Below, piece by piece: positions 13,493 through 26,799 of a stretch of DNA of 64,000 bases. Below the pieces are notes generated by a model. That model was not told where the DNA came from and made no database searches. It saw nothing but the letters and a program-made list of their open reading frames with translations. How positions within the stretch are numbered: position 1 is the stretch's first letter; each line of letters begins with the position of its first letter. The stretch comes from Octopus vulgaris (Eukaryota), in the NCBI GenBank assembly GCA_951406725.2, contig OX597834.1, positions 4,464,001 to 4,528,000 on the forward strand, read 5' to 3'. The translations under genes were made by a program, and so were the position numbers.

Positions 13493-14823
13493 CGAGGTGG
13501 GACCCAAAAGAAACCCGAATTTTGGAATTTGCTATTTTATTCACTTAATTTTTTACATGGTTACACTTTTATCGCCTTCAAAGTATTCTCCATTCGAAGC
13601 AATGCATCGGTCCAGACGCGTTTTCCATTGTTCGAAGCCGTGCTGGAACTCTTGCAAAGTGATACCTTTTAACTCCTCCGTCGCTTGTTTTCCTCGCCTC
13701 TTCCACATCTGCAATTTTCGTATCACCAGCTTTCGTCACCAGTGATGACCTTCGAAAAAAGGTCTGGATCATCTTCCAACTGTTCTTTCAGTTTACCACA
13801 CGCATTCAATCGTGACTGCTTTTGATCTTCCGTCAGTAAGCGACGAACAAATTTTACTGCAACTCTTTTCATTCGCAATTCCTCGTTCAAAATTCGTTGG
13901 CAGAAGTTCCAGGACATACCAGTCATATCAACAAGTTCATCAATTGTTCAGTGACGGTCCTCCAAGATTACTCTTTTACTCTTTTACTCTTTTACTTGTT
14001 TCAGTGATTTGACTGCGGCCATGCTGGAGCACCGCCTTTAATCGAGCAACTCGACCCCGGCACTTATTCTTTGTAAGCCCAGTACTTATTCTATCGGTCT
14101 GTTATGCCGAACCGCTAAGTGACGGGGACATAAACACACCAGCATCGGTTGTCAAACAATGCTAGGGGGACAAACACGGAAACACAAACATACACACGCA
14201 TATACATATATATATACATATATACGACGGGCTTCTTTCAGTTTCCGTCTACCAAATCCACTCACAAGGCTTTGGTCGGCCCGAGGCCATAGTAGAAGAC
14301 ACTTGCCCAAGGTGCCACGCAGTGGGACTGAACCTGGAACCATGTGGTTGGTAAACAGGCTACTTACCACACAGCCACTCCTGCGCCTATTAGTTCATGA
14401 ATTTTCATAATGTTTTCATTCGTTCGGGAGGTCGACGGTCATCCTGGACAAGGTTGGTCTTCAAGCGACAACTGACCATTCCTAAAGTGTGGGAACCACC
14501 CGCAAACTTGCGTTTGCTCATGGCAGTCGTCCTTGTAAGCTTTTTGAAGCGTGACAGCTGTTTCGGTTGTCGTTTCTCCCGGTAGAAAACGGAATTTCAC
14601 GGAAGTACGCTGTTCCTTTGTTTTCATCCACCGCAAAAATCGACGAACAGAGGAGAAGCACCGCAAAACAAAGACGCCACCCACAGTATGGCCTCAATAG
14701 ATAATGCCGGTCGGTATACTGATGCCGGAGGGTCGCATCAAGTGGCTTCTAGCGGTGGAAGTGCGAACTACAACGGGCTTGTCCCACAAAAAACGTTTCC
14801 GGTTACTTTTGGGTACCCCCTCG
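13493..14823 (-). mobile_element. Internally deleted mariner transposon with both TIRs, interrupted by a SINE
   Basis: TIRs cgaggtgggacccaaaagaaacccgaa / reverse complement of ttccggttacttttgggtacccctcg, followed by TA; peptides EQRTSVKF..LQKAY..WF..FRNG..LED.P..GRP and KFVRRLLTEDQK..VITGDESW. Confidence 0.9.
13969..14387 (-). mobile_element. SINE family B, full length, inserted in the mariner ORF
   Basis: Reverse complement of 4759-5168; short atta duplication at the junctions. Confidence 0.9.
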
Positions 14824-15139
14824 TATACTAATAGCTAAGCATTAGGATATGCATATTTGCAAACAATTTATAAAATGGTACTGGACAATGAAGGAGCAAA
14901 TGTCCCATCGCCGTGACTCGAACCTTGTATCAATTCCTTGCCAGGTGACATTACCAAGTCCCGTCTTCAGTTTTTAAATTAGCAATGACACACGATTGCT
15001 TAATCTGCTAAAAATAGCAGCCACATCTTAAAGAATGAAAGACATTAAGCAATGAAGTCTTTGTCAGTCCCAGCTGTAATTTCAAGAATAACAACACAAC
15101 ATAAACAGCCGTTGTAAATAATATCGATATTTGTTCTAA

Positions 15140-15272
15140 AACAATTGCAGCCTGGAAGCCATTTAAGAAACACACAAAAACCGTTAGATTCACTTCAACA
15201 TTTAAATTTAATTTGCCAAAATGTTTTCCTCGCTTTGAGACACCGACCTGTTCACTGACAAAATTCCGTGCT
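15140..15272 (-). mobile_element. Single arm of the G3-C8 hammerhead family (motif 15212-15262)
   Basis: Minus strand TTTGTCA-GTGAACA-G-GTCG..CGAG-GAAA-ACATTT-TGGCAAA plus the shared downstream sequence. Confidence 0.7.
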
Positions 15273-15989
15273 GTTCTAAAATGATTTAAGATTTTATTCC
15301 CTGAAATGAAATATTCTTGGTAGATATTCAAACAGTCGTTAGAGCTATTTGTGTTTTACTTAGCTTCGATGGAGTCAGAAGCATGCCTGGTCTCATAGCT
15401 TATATTGATACAGGAGATTGAGATTAGCCAGTTGGATTTATGTGTTGGACCACAATTAATGGAAGCAATAAGATAAAACCGCTTAATATGATATGTAGGG
15501 GAAGTCCATGTTAGCCATTCAACAGAGGGGTTAGTTTTTATTTATATGTCGAGTAGATATTCAGGTATCACGACGTGTCTTCGATTATCTTCGATTAAAT
15601 ATACAGCTGTGAGAATAGCTACAAGGAGGATGTAACACAACTCGACCCCAAACACTGAATTTTGGCGCTCAGTTTGACTGTATTTATAGGCTGTGTTTAC
15701 AGAAAATTGTAGCTGGGCCACCGAACTACCACGTGAACATCAACCGTTCAGTGGATAAAATCTCGATTGCGCACATTTTCTAATTATGACTGAATTGCAG
15801 GTTGAATTTCGTATGTGACAAAACGCGGGATCGAATCCAGTGTTATAATATATTGTGTCCCATTCGACACTAGTTCACTCTCATTTTGTTGATTGTGTAA
15901 CCATTGGGATCTCGAATATACATTCCAGTTATATGTAGGGGTTTCAATTCCAAATTTAAATTGGACGACGTATATGCAGCATTTCTTTG

Positions 15990-16258
15990 AAGTATACTCC
16001 TCCAGTACTCTTCTGACCTCGTCAACAGAATTCATATTTTTTTCGTCGAAATGATTTTGAAGACTGCAGAATAAATGATAACCAGATGAAGCAATGTCCG
16101 GCGATTATGGTGGGTGGGGCATCGTTTCCCATTCCAACTGCTCCAGCCTTTGGAATGTCATCCTTGCTGTATGTGGCCGAGCATTATCCTGATGGAAGAA
16201 CACCTTTCGCCTTGAAACCAAAGATGGTCATCTTTCTTCTAGCGCTGATTTGAACGAC
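15990..16258 (-). mobile_element. Mariner transposase C-terminal fragment
   Basis: Minus-strand FHQDNARPHTA and a decayed HPPYSPDIA..YHLF region. Confidence 0.8.
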
Positions 16259-16530
16259 TAGTTGAAAGACTAGTAATCGACTTACCCCCTCACCCCCAAA
16301 TTTCAGGCCTTGTGCCAATGGTAGAAAGCATTAATATTTTTTAGTTTTTCTATTTTAAATTAACGTAAAGTATACTAGCCATCTCAATATGGCTAGCCAC
16401 TAGGGGTGGGTGTTACTGTAGTTTTTAGCCCCTGGAGATCATCGTCTCCAGCTGGCTTTAGGCACATTTTTCTGTGCCCTTATGGTATTTGCAAAGGGAG
16501 GTCATCCCTCTCTCGTAAACCTAAGTGATA

Positions 16531-16575
16531 CGCACGGACTGCAGTTTCTAGGTATTTGCCTGTCTTCGGCGTACG
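16531..16575 (-). ncRNA. Type I hammerhead-like motif, U4C variant, palindromic stem III
   Basis: Minus strand CGTACG-CCGAAGA-CAGG CAAATA CCTA-GAAA-CTGCAGT-C-CGTGCG; GUC triplet. Confidence 0.65.
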
Positions 16576-17809
16576 GCAATCACCGATTTACGATGAAGGG
16601 AGACCTGTTTGCAAATACTTATTGTTTTTCTAGTAATTTATTTTAAATTATTCTTATGTTTTATTGAGTTGTATTCGAGAATCATTTCTGATATCTCTTA
16701 TTGCATGTTTGATTTTATATGTTATGACGAGGCCACTGGGATTAGACAGTTTTTCATCTTAGTTTGAGGTCATTTTTGCATTTGTGCTTTGCGGGATTAA
16801 GATTTTGATATTATTTCTATTATGATAATCTGATGATGAAATGCTTTAATTTTATGAAGGTACTTTTTGATAGATGTAACCATCGTAGAAATACTGGAGT
16901 TTTGTCATCTTTACGTTCTACATTTGCTTTTTTGTTCTTTTATATATTTTCTTTGTAAAGTATTTGGTTTTATACATCTTAAATCTTGATCTTATAAACT
17001 CGATAACTGATAAAACGCTGTTAGTTTCTACATCAGGGTTCTCCGTTATTTTGGTATTTCACATTTGAGCAACAGTTTCATTCCAATATTTTTAAAAACT
17101 TCAAAGCAGGTCTTAGTATTCAGTGTTGGGTTAATTACCAGGAACCATCATTACCATCTACCTTCAGTTAGTGCTATTGTTGCCATTGTTCCTGTCTTTG
17201 TTATCACTATTTTTGGTTATTTCAATTGTATTTTTTCCAGCTCAGTTTTATGCAAAACTTTGCAACTGGCTGTTATTTTGTGTCTGAAGGGAAAGTGAAA
17301 CCGGAAGTAAAGCATACCTAAGTACTGTTCCGAATGCATGTTTGAACTTCTGTCGGTCACTAAATAAATTCATAGTAGTTAAGCTAGTTTTGTAAATACA
17401 CCTCTTAAAAATATCAAAGTTGATCACCTCGCTTTCTACAGTTTCTCAATATACAACTGTTTATCATTACAGCCACAATGTATTCGGCATCCTTTCAAAT
17501 AGAATATTAAACTGAAGGTGACTCACATGCATACAAGTGAAATCTATAATGTTTTGATTATATTAGCGTACATAAACCTGCTTAGTTTGCAGATAATTAT
17601 GTAGCACAAGTGTATTCTTACACGGTTTGATTTATGAGACGTGCTGCTATGTGTAATGTATAGGTACTTAATGCAAGATATTAGTATGCAATTATACCGA
17701 ATTCTGTGTCTTAAACGTTCCATAAAAGTGGTTATTTTATTGATTTAAATAGTAAAAATAGTTATGTGCTACCGTAGCATGGTGCGGTAACAGTTATATC
17801 TGACATCAC

Positions 17810-18312
<503 letters not shown>

Positions 18313-19324
18313 TCAAAGGTTCGAACTTAGACGTAAAATTAAATTTGGATTTTATTTATTGTATTTCATTAAAACCTATTTTTATGATTTTTTTTTATGG
18401 TACTTATTTCATTTTCACTATTTTCGTTTCTTTTTAACCTTTTTTTTCTTCGTACATATAATTTTAAAACGAATAAATTTAATTCGCTTCGTTGAAGCGA
18501 GTAATAATAGTCTAAAAAGCTTCTAGGTTTTTCTTTTTTTAGGATTAAGTAAAGGGCTACCTGCATTTGGCAAGATATATGTGTGCAGCATGTAAGGTTT
18601 CATCTGTTTTTATTTGATTGCGTATGTTGCAGAATTTGGTATCTATCTTGTGTGTGTGGTTGGTTTCTGAATATTACATGCGTACGTATGGGCGAGAACG
18701 TTGCTGTATGAGATTGTGTTTAAGTAAATGTGTGTCTATGTATGTATATAAGTATTTACGTGGACGTATCAATGATTGTTCGATTTAATGGGGCTATCGA
18801 TTTGTATACATCAGTAATGATGTAAAAGTGCACGTATGCTTTAATATATGTGTTAGAATTTGGCATGTGTGTGTACCTGTTAGTTTGTGCGTTTGAACAT
18901 ATCCGTTAACGTGTTTTTGTGTCATAATTCTCCATGCATAACTGTTTGTTATAGAGTGGGTTTTTTTTTCTACATATATTTAATACTTTATAAATTTGAA
19001 CGAGACTCTGTATGCCTTCTCCTAAACTAGTTTCAGAAAGCAGTGTTCATGTGTCTATCAAGGAAATGGTATTCTTTTCATCAAGAAACTCGGTAGAGAT
19101 TTTGCAGAAAAGAATTCAGCGTATACAAGCAAAATACCATGGTTTACCAGGAATAATGACTCAAGAAATATACGAAAGAATTACAAAGAAATTTATTTAA
19201 AATATTACAAAGTTTGTTGAAAAAAACTTGGTCAAAATTCAGTCTAACCACCCAACGTACATTGCCTTTTTTAAAAGATCTTATGCATATCATTACAGGT
19301 CCAGTCAGCCTGTAATGATATGCA

Positions 19325-19800
19325 TAAGATCTGATCATCAAATCTAAGTAGAGATTTCAAACTTAAAATCTTCAAAGCCACAGTCGAAACAATTCTACTA
19401 TATGGCTCAGAAACCTGGACGTTATCAAAGAAGCTTGAGAGGCGGTTGGATGGAACTTACACTCGCCTCCTTATGAGAGCTCAAAATCTCTCGTGGAAGC
19501 GTCATCCAACCAAAGTACAAATATATGGGAAACTACCACCTGTATCATCTCTTGTGAAAGGTAGAAGAGTCCAGTTTGCTGGACATTGTTGTAGAGCTGA
19601 AAACGAAGTAATTTCTACTCTTCTCCTCTGGAAGCCATCTGCTCGTGATACCAGAGGGCGCACACTCTCCTACCCTGATGTAATCTCCAGGAATACAGGC
19701 ATCCAGCAACAGGACCTCCGTAATGCTATGATGGACCGTGAGGTCTGGCGTAACATAGTAAATTCCATTGTTTCGACCACGATCGAACAACGAATGATGA
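19325..19800 (+). mobile_element. RTE-clade LINE, 3' fragment
   Basis: KIFKATVETILLYGSETWTL..RLDGTYTRLL..FAGHC..LLLWKP..M.DREVWR; short atgatga tail. Confidence 0.9.
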
Positions 19801-20678
19801 ATGAATTTTTTAAAAACGGCTTTCCATTTTTCTATGTTTTAAATATTGCGAAATATCATTCAGCAAAATTCATAATTTTTTTCATAAACTCACTTCGCTT
19901 CATTGTTGCTATCACTTTTCAGAAATGACCCTTATCTTAATCCTACTTAGAAACCTGACCCTAAACCCAGTAATAGATTCTTGTGAAACAGTTACTGAAG
20001 TTACGCTTGTTCTGAGAATTCCTTTGCCTTCTCACATTCTGACAAAGTACTGACTACGAAATATACTGGAGCCAAGTTAACAGGAAGTTTTTGCGACGGC
20101 GACTGAACGAAATCTCAAATAGGAGATTGATTAAAAATCAAGACAAAACAAAAACAGTAACGAACATTTGTACCGGTCAAATTATGGAATCACATTTTAG
20201 ACAATTTTCCTTTTTAAAAGGTTCTTGGAATTCACTGGAATATTAATAGCTGTGATGGGGGCCAATTAAAAAAAAAATGAATTCCGAATTTAGAAATTTC
20301 CCGATAAACAAATGGCCATGCTCCTCCATACCATGTTAGGAATCCCGGCTCGGGTCGATAAAATAAAGGTTAAATAGTAGTGTTGATTTAATCGACTTCT
20401 TTTCCTAAATTTCTGGCGTTGTGTATTTATCAGACACTACCTGAACCCTGGACCCTACAGATCTATTGTCACTGCAAGTTTTACAAATATTTTCTGCTGA
20501 TTTTGCTTTAAAAGGTTATGTTCAAGTCTTTTTCTCGATGACTTTATTGAAAAACTGAATCGCATCAAAAACGAGCGGTTTTCCTGCTACGAAACAAAGC
20601 CTTAAGTGTGCGCTTTTATAAAGGAAAACTTCACATTATTTTGTTTTAAATAAGGTCGAAAGAAAACCTGTTTCTTTA

Positions 20679-21070
20679 TTGCCCAGTGGTTATGGCAGCG
20701 GACTTGCGATCGGAGGATCGTGGTTTCGATTCCCAGACTGGGCGTTGTGTGTGTTTATTGAGCGAAAACACCAAAAGCTCCACGAGGCTCTGGCAGGGGG
20801 TGGTGTCGACCCCTGGTGTACTCTTTCGTCCCAACTTTCTCTCACTCTTTCTTCGTCTTTCTTGTCCCCGACTTCCTACGCAACCGTTGAGCCTGGATGC
20901 ACATTCATCCATCCGTCGATGCTCTTGGTGTCGGGGGTTGACCTGCTTTCTCTTCTGCGGGCCTTACGAATAGCAAAGGACCACGTTTCGGACTTCTCCC
21001 ACTACAGAGGCACGATCTTGCGAGCTCTGGGACGAAGACCACTTCGCTCAACAGCAACAGCAACAACACA
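20679..21070 (+). mobile_element. SINE with family A head and an alternative 3' half, (CAA)n tail
   Basis: Matches family A up to ctttctctcactctt, then unrelated sequence. Confidence 0.8.
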
Positions 21071-21281
21071 ATGCATCTACCGTGGTAGTATCGTTAGTAG
21101 ACAGCCTACGAAGTTGGGGCGGAGTTTCAGTTGATGATATCGTAGCGTAGGAGCATAAACTCGGCTTAGTCTGACCCGATTATCTCGCGATTTCGGAAGC
21201 AGAAAGAACCCTCGCTTGCAAATGCAGTTATAGAAAGACCAGAAACACACACACACACACACACGCATGCACACACACGCA

Positions 21282-21322
<41 letters not shown>

Positions 21323-21334
21323 ACATACACGCAT

Positions 21335-21399
<65 letters not shown>

Positions 21400-21833
21400 C
21401 AGAATACGTGGCGTGAGGAAAAGAGAATATGGAACGGAAGTGACCCTCTGTCTCATTGAAACGGATGTACAGAGGACGGAGAAATAGACACGCGCTGCCG
21501 ATGAGGACGGTTGAGCAAAAGAACATTTGGTGGTTCAGCCAGGAAAAAAAAATCAAAATGATCTTTCAAGGGCAAAGAAAACCCATCAGCCACAAAAATT
21601 GCTTCGATCGGGAAGAGTGTTATGATTTTGAGTAAGGTACTTCGTCTTACGCATTTCTTCTGTAGGCACAGTCGGAATGTATGTATGTATGTATGTATGT
21701 ATGTATGTATGTATGTATGTATGTATGTATGTATGTATGTATGTATGTATGTATGTATGTATGTATGTATGTATGTATGTATGTATGTATGGATATATGC
21801 ATGTATGTGTGTGTATGTAAATAATATATATAT

Positions 21834-22175
21834 AATTGCAGCGTGGAAGGTGTTTGTAAGCCATTTAAGAAACACACAAAAGCCGTTCGATTCACTTCAA
21901 CATTTAAGTTTAAATTTGTCAAAATATTTTCGTCGCTAAAATCCGCGACCTGTTCACTGACAAAAATCCATGCTGCATCAGAGAAAGTAACAGTGAACAG
22001 GTCGCGGTCTTATAGCGACGAAAATATTTTGACAAATTTAAACTTAAATGTTGAAGTGAATCGAACGGCTTTTGTGTGTTTCTTAAATGGCTTACAAACA
22101 CCTTCCACGCTGCAATTGTTTTCGTTTCAGCACACGATCTCAGATCAAATCACTTGCTATGCAAGTACATCTCCG

Positions 22176-22177
<2 letters not shown>
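21834..22177 (+). mobile_element. Fold-back PLE-like insert between TA-rich microsatellites
   Basis: Near-perfect inverted arms 21834-21959 / 21991-22117 plus 60-bp tail; homologous to 2326-2649. Confidence 0.8.
21915..21964 (-). ncRNA. Best-preserved G3-C8 type I hammerhead-like motif
   Basis: Minus strand TTTGTCA-GTGAACA-G-GTCGC GGATTTTA GCGAC-GAA-AATATT-T-TGACAAA: 7-bp stem I, 5-bp stem II, palindromic stem III. Confidence 0.7.
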
Positions 22178-22245
<68 letters not shown>

Positions 22246-22248
<3 letters not shown>

Positions 22249-22556
22249 CATGATCACCGTGACTGACCAGGCTATCAGATGTTGCTACACATCGTTGGTC
22301 ACAATGCGTTTCGCATTGTTTTAGCCTTCAAATGACGCCACCCCACTGGCTAAGCGAGCAAGCCAACAGAAGAAAGAGTGAAAGAAAGTTGTGGTGAAAG
22401 AGTACAGCAGGGATCACCACCACCCCCTGCCGGAGCCTCATGGAGCTTTTTAGGTGTTTTCGCTCAATAAACACTCACAACGTCCAGTCTGAGAATCGAA
22501 ACTGCAATCCTACAACGGCGAGCCCGCTGCCCTAACCACTGGGCCATTGCACCTCC
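22246..22556 (-). mobile_element. SINE with family A head and a third type of 3' half
   Basis: 22375-22556 matches family A; 22246-22375 does not. Confidence 0.8.
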
Positions 22557-22820
22557 ACACACACACACACACTCACACTCACATAAAGTAACAAACTGAG
22601 GAAAAGAAATCCTTGAAAGGGGTGTGTTAAACATAGAATTCACTAGTACGTGAGTTGGATGCCATATAGATATTGGTATAATTCAATTAAAAGATAAACT
22701 GAATATAGAGATACACTATTAACAATCCAAAAAAATTATTTATATTACAATATTACATTAAATACTATCAATATGATATTACATTATATTATATAACATA
22801 AATAATTGTAAAAACCATAA

Positions 22821-22910
22821 AAGGTCAACAAATTGTTTCGACTTATATACATATTTTTTCTGATATACATAATCACAGTTCCATTATATATAAAGTCACT
22901 TCAGGGTCTT
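22821..22910 (-). ncRNA. Decayed hammerhead-like motif with long stem II
   Basis: Minus strand AAGACC-CTGAAGT-GACTT...AAGTC-GAAA-CAATTTGT-T-GACCTT. Confidence 0.45.
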
Positions 22911-23096
22911 GGCTTTAGAAAAAGGCGAAATTCCGTGTGAAAGGACGGCTGGATTGTAAAACTTAATTCAAATGTTTATGTGTTATGAGCGTAACCATTC
23001 ACTCATGCATCAATTACAATTAAAAAAAACAAACCAAAAACACTTTAACGGACGAAACAATCCAGTAAATACAAACATACAAATCTCATTATTTGG

Positions 23097-23098
<2 letters not shown>

Positions 23099-23183
<85 letters not shown>

Positions 23184-23321
23184 GTCTGTCTGTCTGTCTA
23201 TCCGTCTATCTATCTATCTATCTATCTGTCTGTCTGTCTGTCTGTCTGTCTATCCGTCTATCTATCTATCTATCTATCTATCTGTCTGTCTGTCTGTGTG
23301 TCTGTCTGTCTGTGTCTAGCC

Positions 23322-23389
<68 letters not shown>

Positions 23390-23468
23390 GCCTGCCTGCC
23401 TGTCTGTCTGTTTGTCTGTCTGTCTGTATATCTGTGTGTCTGTCTGTTTGTCTGTCCGTCTATCTCTC
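23099..23468. repeat. (TATC)n/(TGTC)n microsatellite
   Basis: Direct reading. Confidence 0.95.
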
Positions 23469-23742
23469 TGACCGCTAACATTAATTTCGTGGTTCTGCAG
23501 AAAATTTCCAAAACAGAATGGGGAATACGAAGAGTTGTAAAGCCCACAACTTTCAAGAAACGATGACTAACAAGTATTTTCTGAAATGGTTTTTCAATCA
23601 CGAACAGAAAGTATGCGGATAATTTTCTCGTTAAAAGAACTTATCTTTCCAATGGCTCGATACCAAAATCTACCAATCTGATGGGGAAAGCTTTCGTTTA
23701 AAATGAAAGTTGAAACAATCATACAGTTTATATGACAGTCGT

Positions 23743-24166
23743 ATCTATCTATCCGCTCAGTCGAAGTCGACTCTTGGTTACTCGATGGATCAGTGTCCTC
23801 CAGTCAGTTCTATCCTGGACCGCTTCTTTCAGATTGGCCATGTCCATTCCGGTATCACTCTTGATGGTGTCAAGCCAGCGGGTTCTTGGTCGGCCTCTTC
23901 CTCTCTTGCCACTGACCATTCCGAGCATGATGTCCTTCTCTAGGGATTTTCTCAGCATAATATGACCGAAATATGCCAATCTATGCCTGGTGATCCTAGC
24001 TTCTAGCGACAGTTTCGGCTTGATCTGCTTAAGAACTTCTCCATTGGTGAGCCTCGCTGTCCATGGAATCAGTAAAAGTCTTCTCCAACACCAAAGCTCG
24101 AATGCATTAATTCTCTTCTGGTCAGCTTTGTTTAGTGTCCAGGTCTCGCATCCATAGGTTGCTATT
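23743..24166 (-). mobile_element. RTE/BovB-like LINE, 3' fragment
   Basis: YGCETWTL..RINAFELWCWRRLL.IPWTAR..YFGHIM..SLEKDIMLG..GKRGRGRPRTRWLD..VTKSRLRLSG*, (TAGA)n tail. Confidence 0.92.
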
Positions 24167-25009
24167 GTAGGCAGATTGAAATGGAAACTAAAGGTAAAAT
24201 TTCATCTCGTGTATCTCAGAAGTTTTTCCACACGCATAAAGGACTATGTTCAAACTCATTTAGGAAGATGTCTTTATACAATAAGGATGGTATTTTAGAA
24301 TATTTAAGTTTATTTTGTGTATGCAAGAGATATAGTTTATATACCTTAGCGACAAGGAAATTCAAAGTTTTACCAAATGGAAAAATTTGAGTTTCCCCAG
24401 GAAAGTTGGATAATCAACAGTGCTCACCACAGGACGAAACTGTATCTGAAGAACATAAGATCTATGCTCGGTGTGAATATTTTTCAACCACTTTTATCCT
24501 TTCATTTCTATTTATTTTCTTTTCCCCGACAAGATCGCAACCCTCCTCTCTGCAACTGACGTTCCATTTTGTAGCAAAGATGTGATTACTTAAAATATTT
24601 TACAGCTAAAGTGATGATCAGTTCATGATGTGTGTCAGTGTCACCTGCGAAATGTTAAATGGAGAATTTTCTTTGCGAAAAAATAATAGGAACAGTATTT
24701 GACTTTGAATAGAACCAAATCTATTGAAGTAGCTAAAATTCTGATTTTTCGATTTTCTCTGTCGTTGGGAAATGTGTGAACGTACATAATATACTTTAAT
24801 TTTTGTATTCTATGCGAGTGAAAGAGAGTTCGTTGATGCGACTGTAGACGGTTACCTTTTTAAAACTGCCATTGTTAAAGTTGCAAGACTGATACGAATG
24901 AATAAGTGAAGTGCAATACTAAGAACCAATAACACATTGAAATAATATCAGATATTTCACAGTGTCATACTGACGAAAGAGGGAGAGAGAGAGAGAGAGA
25001 GAGAGAGGG

Positions 25010-25044
<35 letters not shown>

Positions 25045-25051
25045 AGAGACA

Positions 25052-25086
<35 letters not shown>

Positions 25087-25124
25087 CAGAGATATCGATA
25101 GATAGACAGATAGATAGATCGATT

Positions 25125-25234
<110 letters not shown>

Positions 25235-25868
25235 TAGAGATAAAGAAAGAAAGAGAGAGGATGTGTATTCAGAATGCTGCAATCATGCTATCTTTTATTG
25301 TATATGTATTTTCGTTTGTAAACCTGAAAGATCAATGTCTATCAGGAGACTTATGTATTTTGCGAGGCCTTTTCATTATAGAAGCTTCGTGTAAACAGTC
25401 AGTAATACTTCTCTTTGTGTTTTTTTTCTTTTAATTCCTTACAGTTCAACATGTTATTGTGTTTGCCACAAGATAAACAGTGTACTTCAATAATAAACGT
25501 TTTAACATACCAATATGACAATGGCAAACATAAATATCACATAGCCAACGCAACATTCGACTCTGGTAAAAATAAATATCACACTTCGGTGAAAAAGAGT
25601 TATAACTATTGAACTGGCTTTCTTCATAAGTGGAAACTATGAAAGGCAAAATCAACACCGATTGATTTGAATGGAAAAAACGGAGGAAGGAAATATGCAC
25701 GTCATCTTTTAGTTGCTGTTTCAATAATAATAATAATATTGTTATGTACACAGTGGTGGCGTGTGTAACGGTGTACAAAATTCCGTGTATATGAACAATG
25801 TATTTGAAATGAATTTCGTAACTCATTCAGTCTGATCAGAAGTTGGGTATTTTTCACCAAGAAATTTA

Positions 25869-25973
25869 TTTAGGTGTTTTCGCTCAATAAACACTTACAA
25901 CACCCGTCTGGGAATCGAAACCGCGATCCTACAACTGCGAGTCCGCTGCCCTAACCATTGGGCCATTGCACCT

Positions 25974-26020
<47 letters not shown>

Positions 26021-26155
26021 GAGTAACAAACTGAGGAAAAGAAATCCTCGAAAGGGGTGTGTTAAACGTACTTCAGTTCGATGCCATATAGATATTGGTT
26101 TAATTCAATTAAAAGATAAACCGAATATAGGGATACACTACTGGCAATCCAAAAA
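25869..26155. repeat. Local duplicate of 22449-22733 (SINE A head + (CA)n + ~150-bp flank)
   Basis: Shared agtaacaaactgaggaaaagaaatcct.gaaaggggtgtgttaaac...gatgccatatagatattgg..aattcaattaaaagataaac. Confidence 0.8.
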
Positions 26156-26326
26156 CAGGAAAAAAGCGTAAAACAGGAAAAAAGCGAAACGTTATATTAA
26201 TCTTTATAGAATTATATTAATCTTTATATTAATCTTTTATGCATTTAGAAGCCAGAGACACCATAGACTCAGAAAATATCTTGATATTTAGTAATATATC
26301 CACAGAGAAATAGAGTATAAAAAAAC

Positions 26327-26770
26327 TGAAGTTTCAGTAAAATTGTATTATATACATATTAGAGGGAAACCACTATGTGGACACCCTTATGCGGACGTCC
26401 TAGTATGCAGTCCTGCAAATTAAATTCATTTGGACGGTCACACCGAAGATCTACAGACATCTTACGTAAGTAAAATTACGTAATATGTTGATAGTGAAAC
26501 ATGTATGGGAATAATCCATATTTTTATTGCTTTTCTTTTGTTTTGCTCGATTACGTTTTGGTTGTTTTGCTAAGTTTTTCTTGAGAACATTTCTTAGTGG
26601 TAAGACCACAGCGGATCTATTTCTAGCATAAGGGTGTTCACATAGTGGTTTCCCTCTAATATGTATATAATACAATTTTACTGAACCTTCATTTTTTAAT
26701 ATGCTAGATCACTGGTGTGAAATCGATGTTAATTAAATTAATATCTATTTTCTTCCCCTCATTTTAAATT
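26327..26770 (+). mobile_element. Inverted-repeat insert (arms 26327-26392 / 26626-26691) with tail; related to 59150-59459
   Basis: Shared ttttcttgagaaca..ttctt.gtggtaa...tctat.tctagcata...tagtggt..cctctaa and atgctag..cactgg tail. Confidence 0.6.
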
Positions 26771-26799
26771 TAAATTTAAATTAATAAAAAATTGTAAAA

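Noticed and set aside
17162-17284. Possible minus-strand exon with AG/GT ends and a late ATG
   Set aside because: Stops in all three frames upstream of the ATG; splice signals alone are insufficient
19000-19320. Possible additional PLE endonuclease remnant (similar hint at 33900-34280)
   Set aside because: Only a few residues resemble the motif; too decayed to call
21075-21640. CpG-richer segment with a GC box and an ETS-like site as a possible promoter
   Set aside because: Short motifs expected by chance; no linked gene
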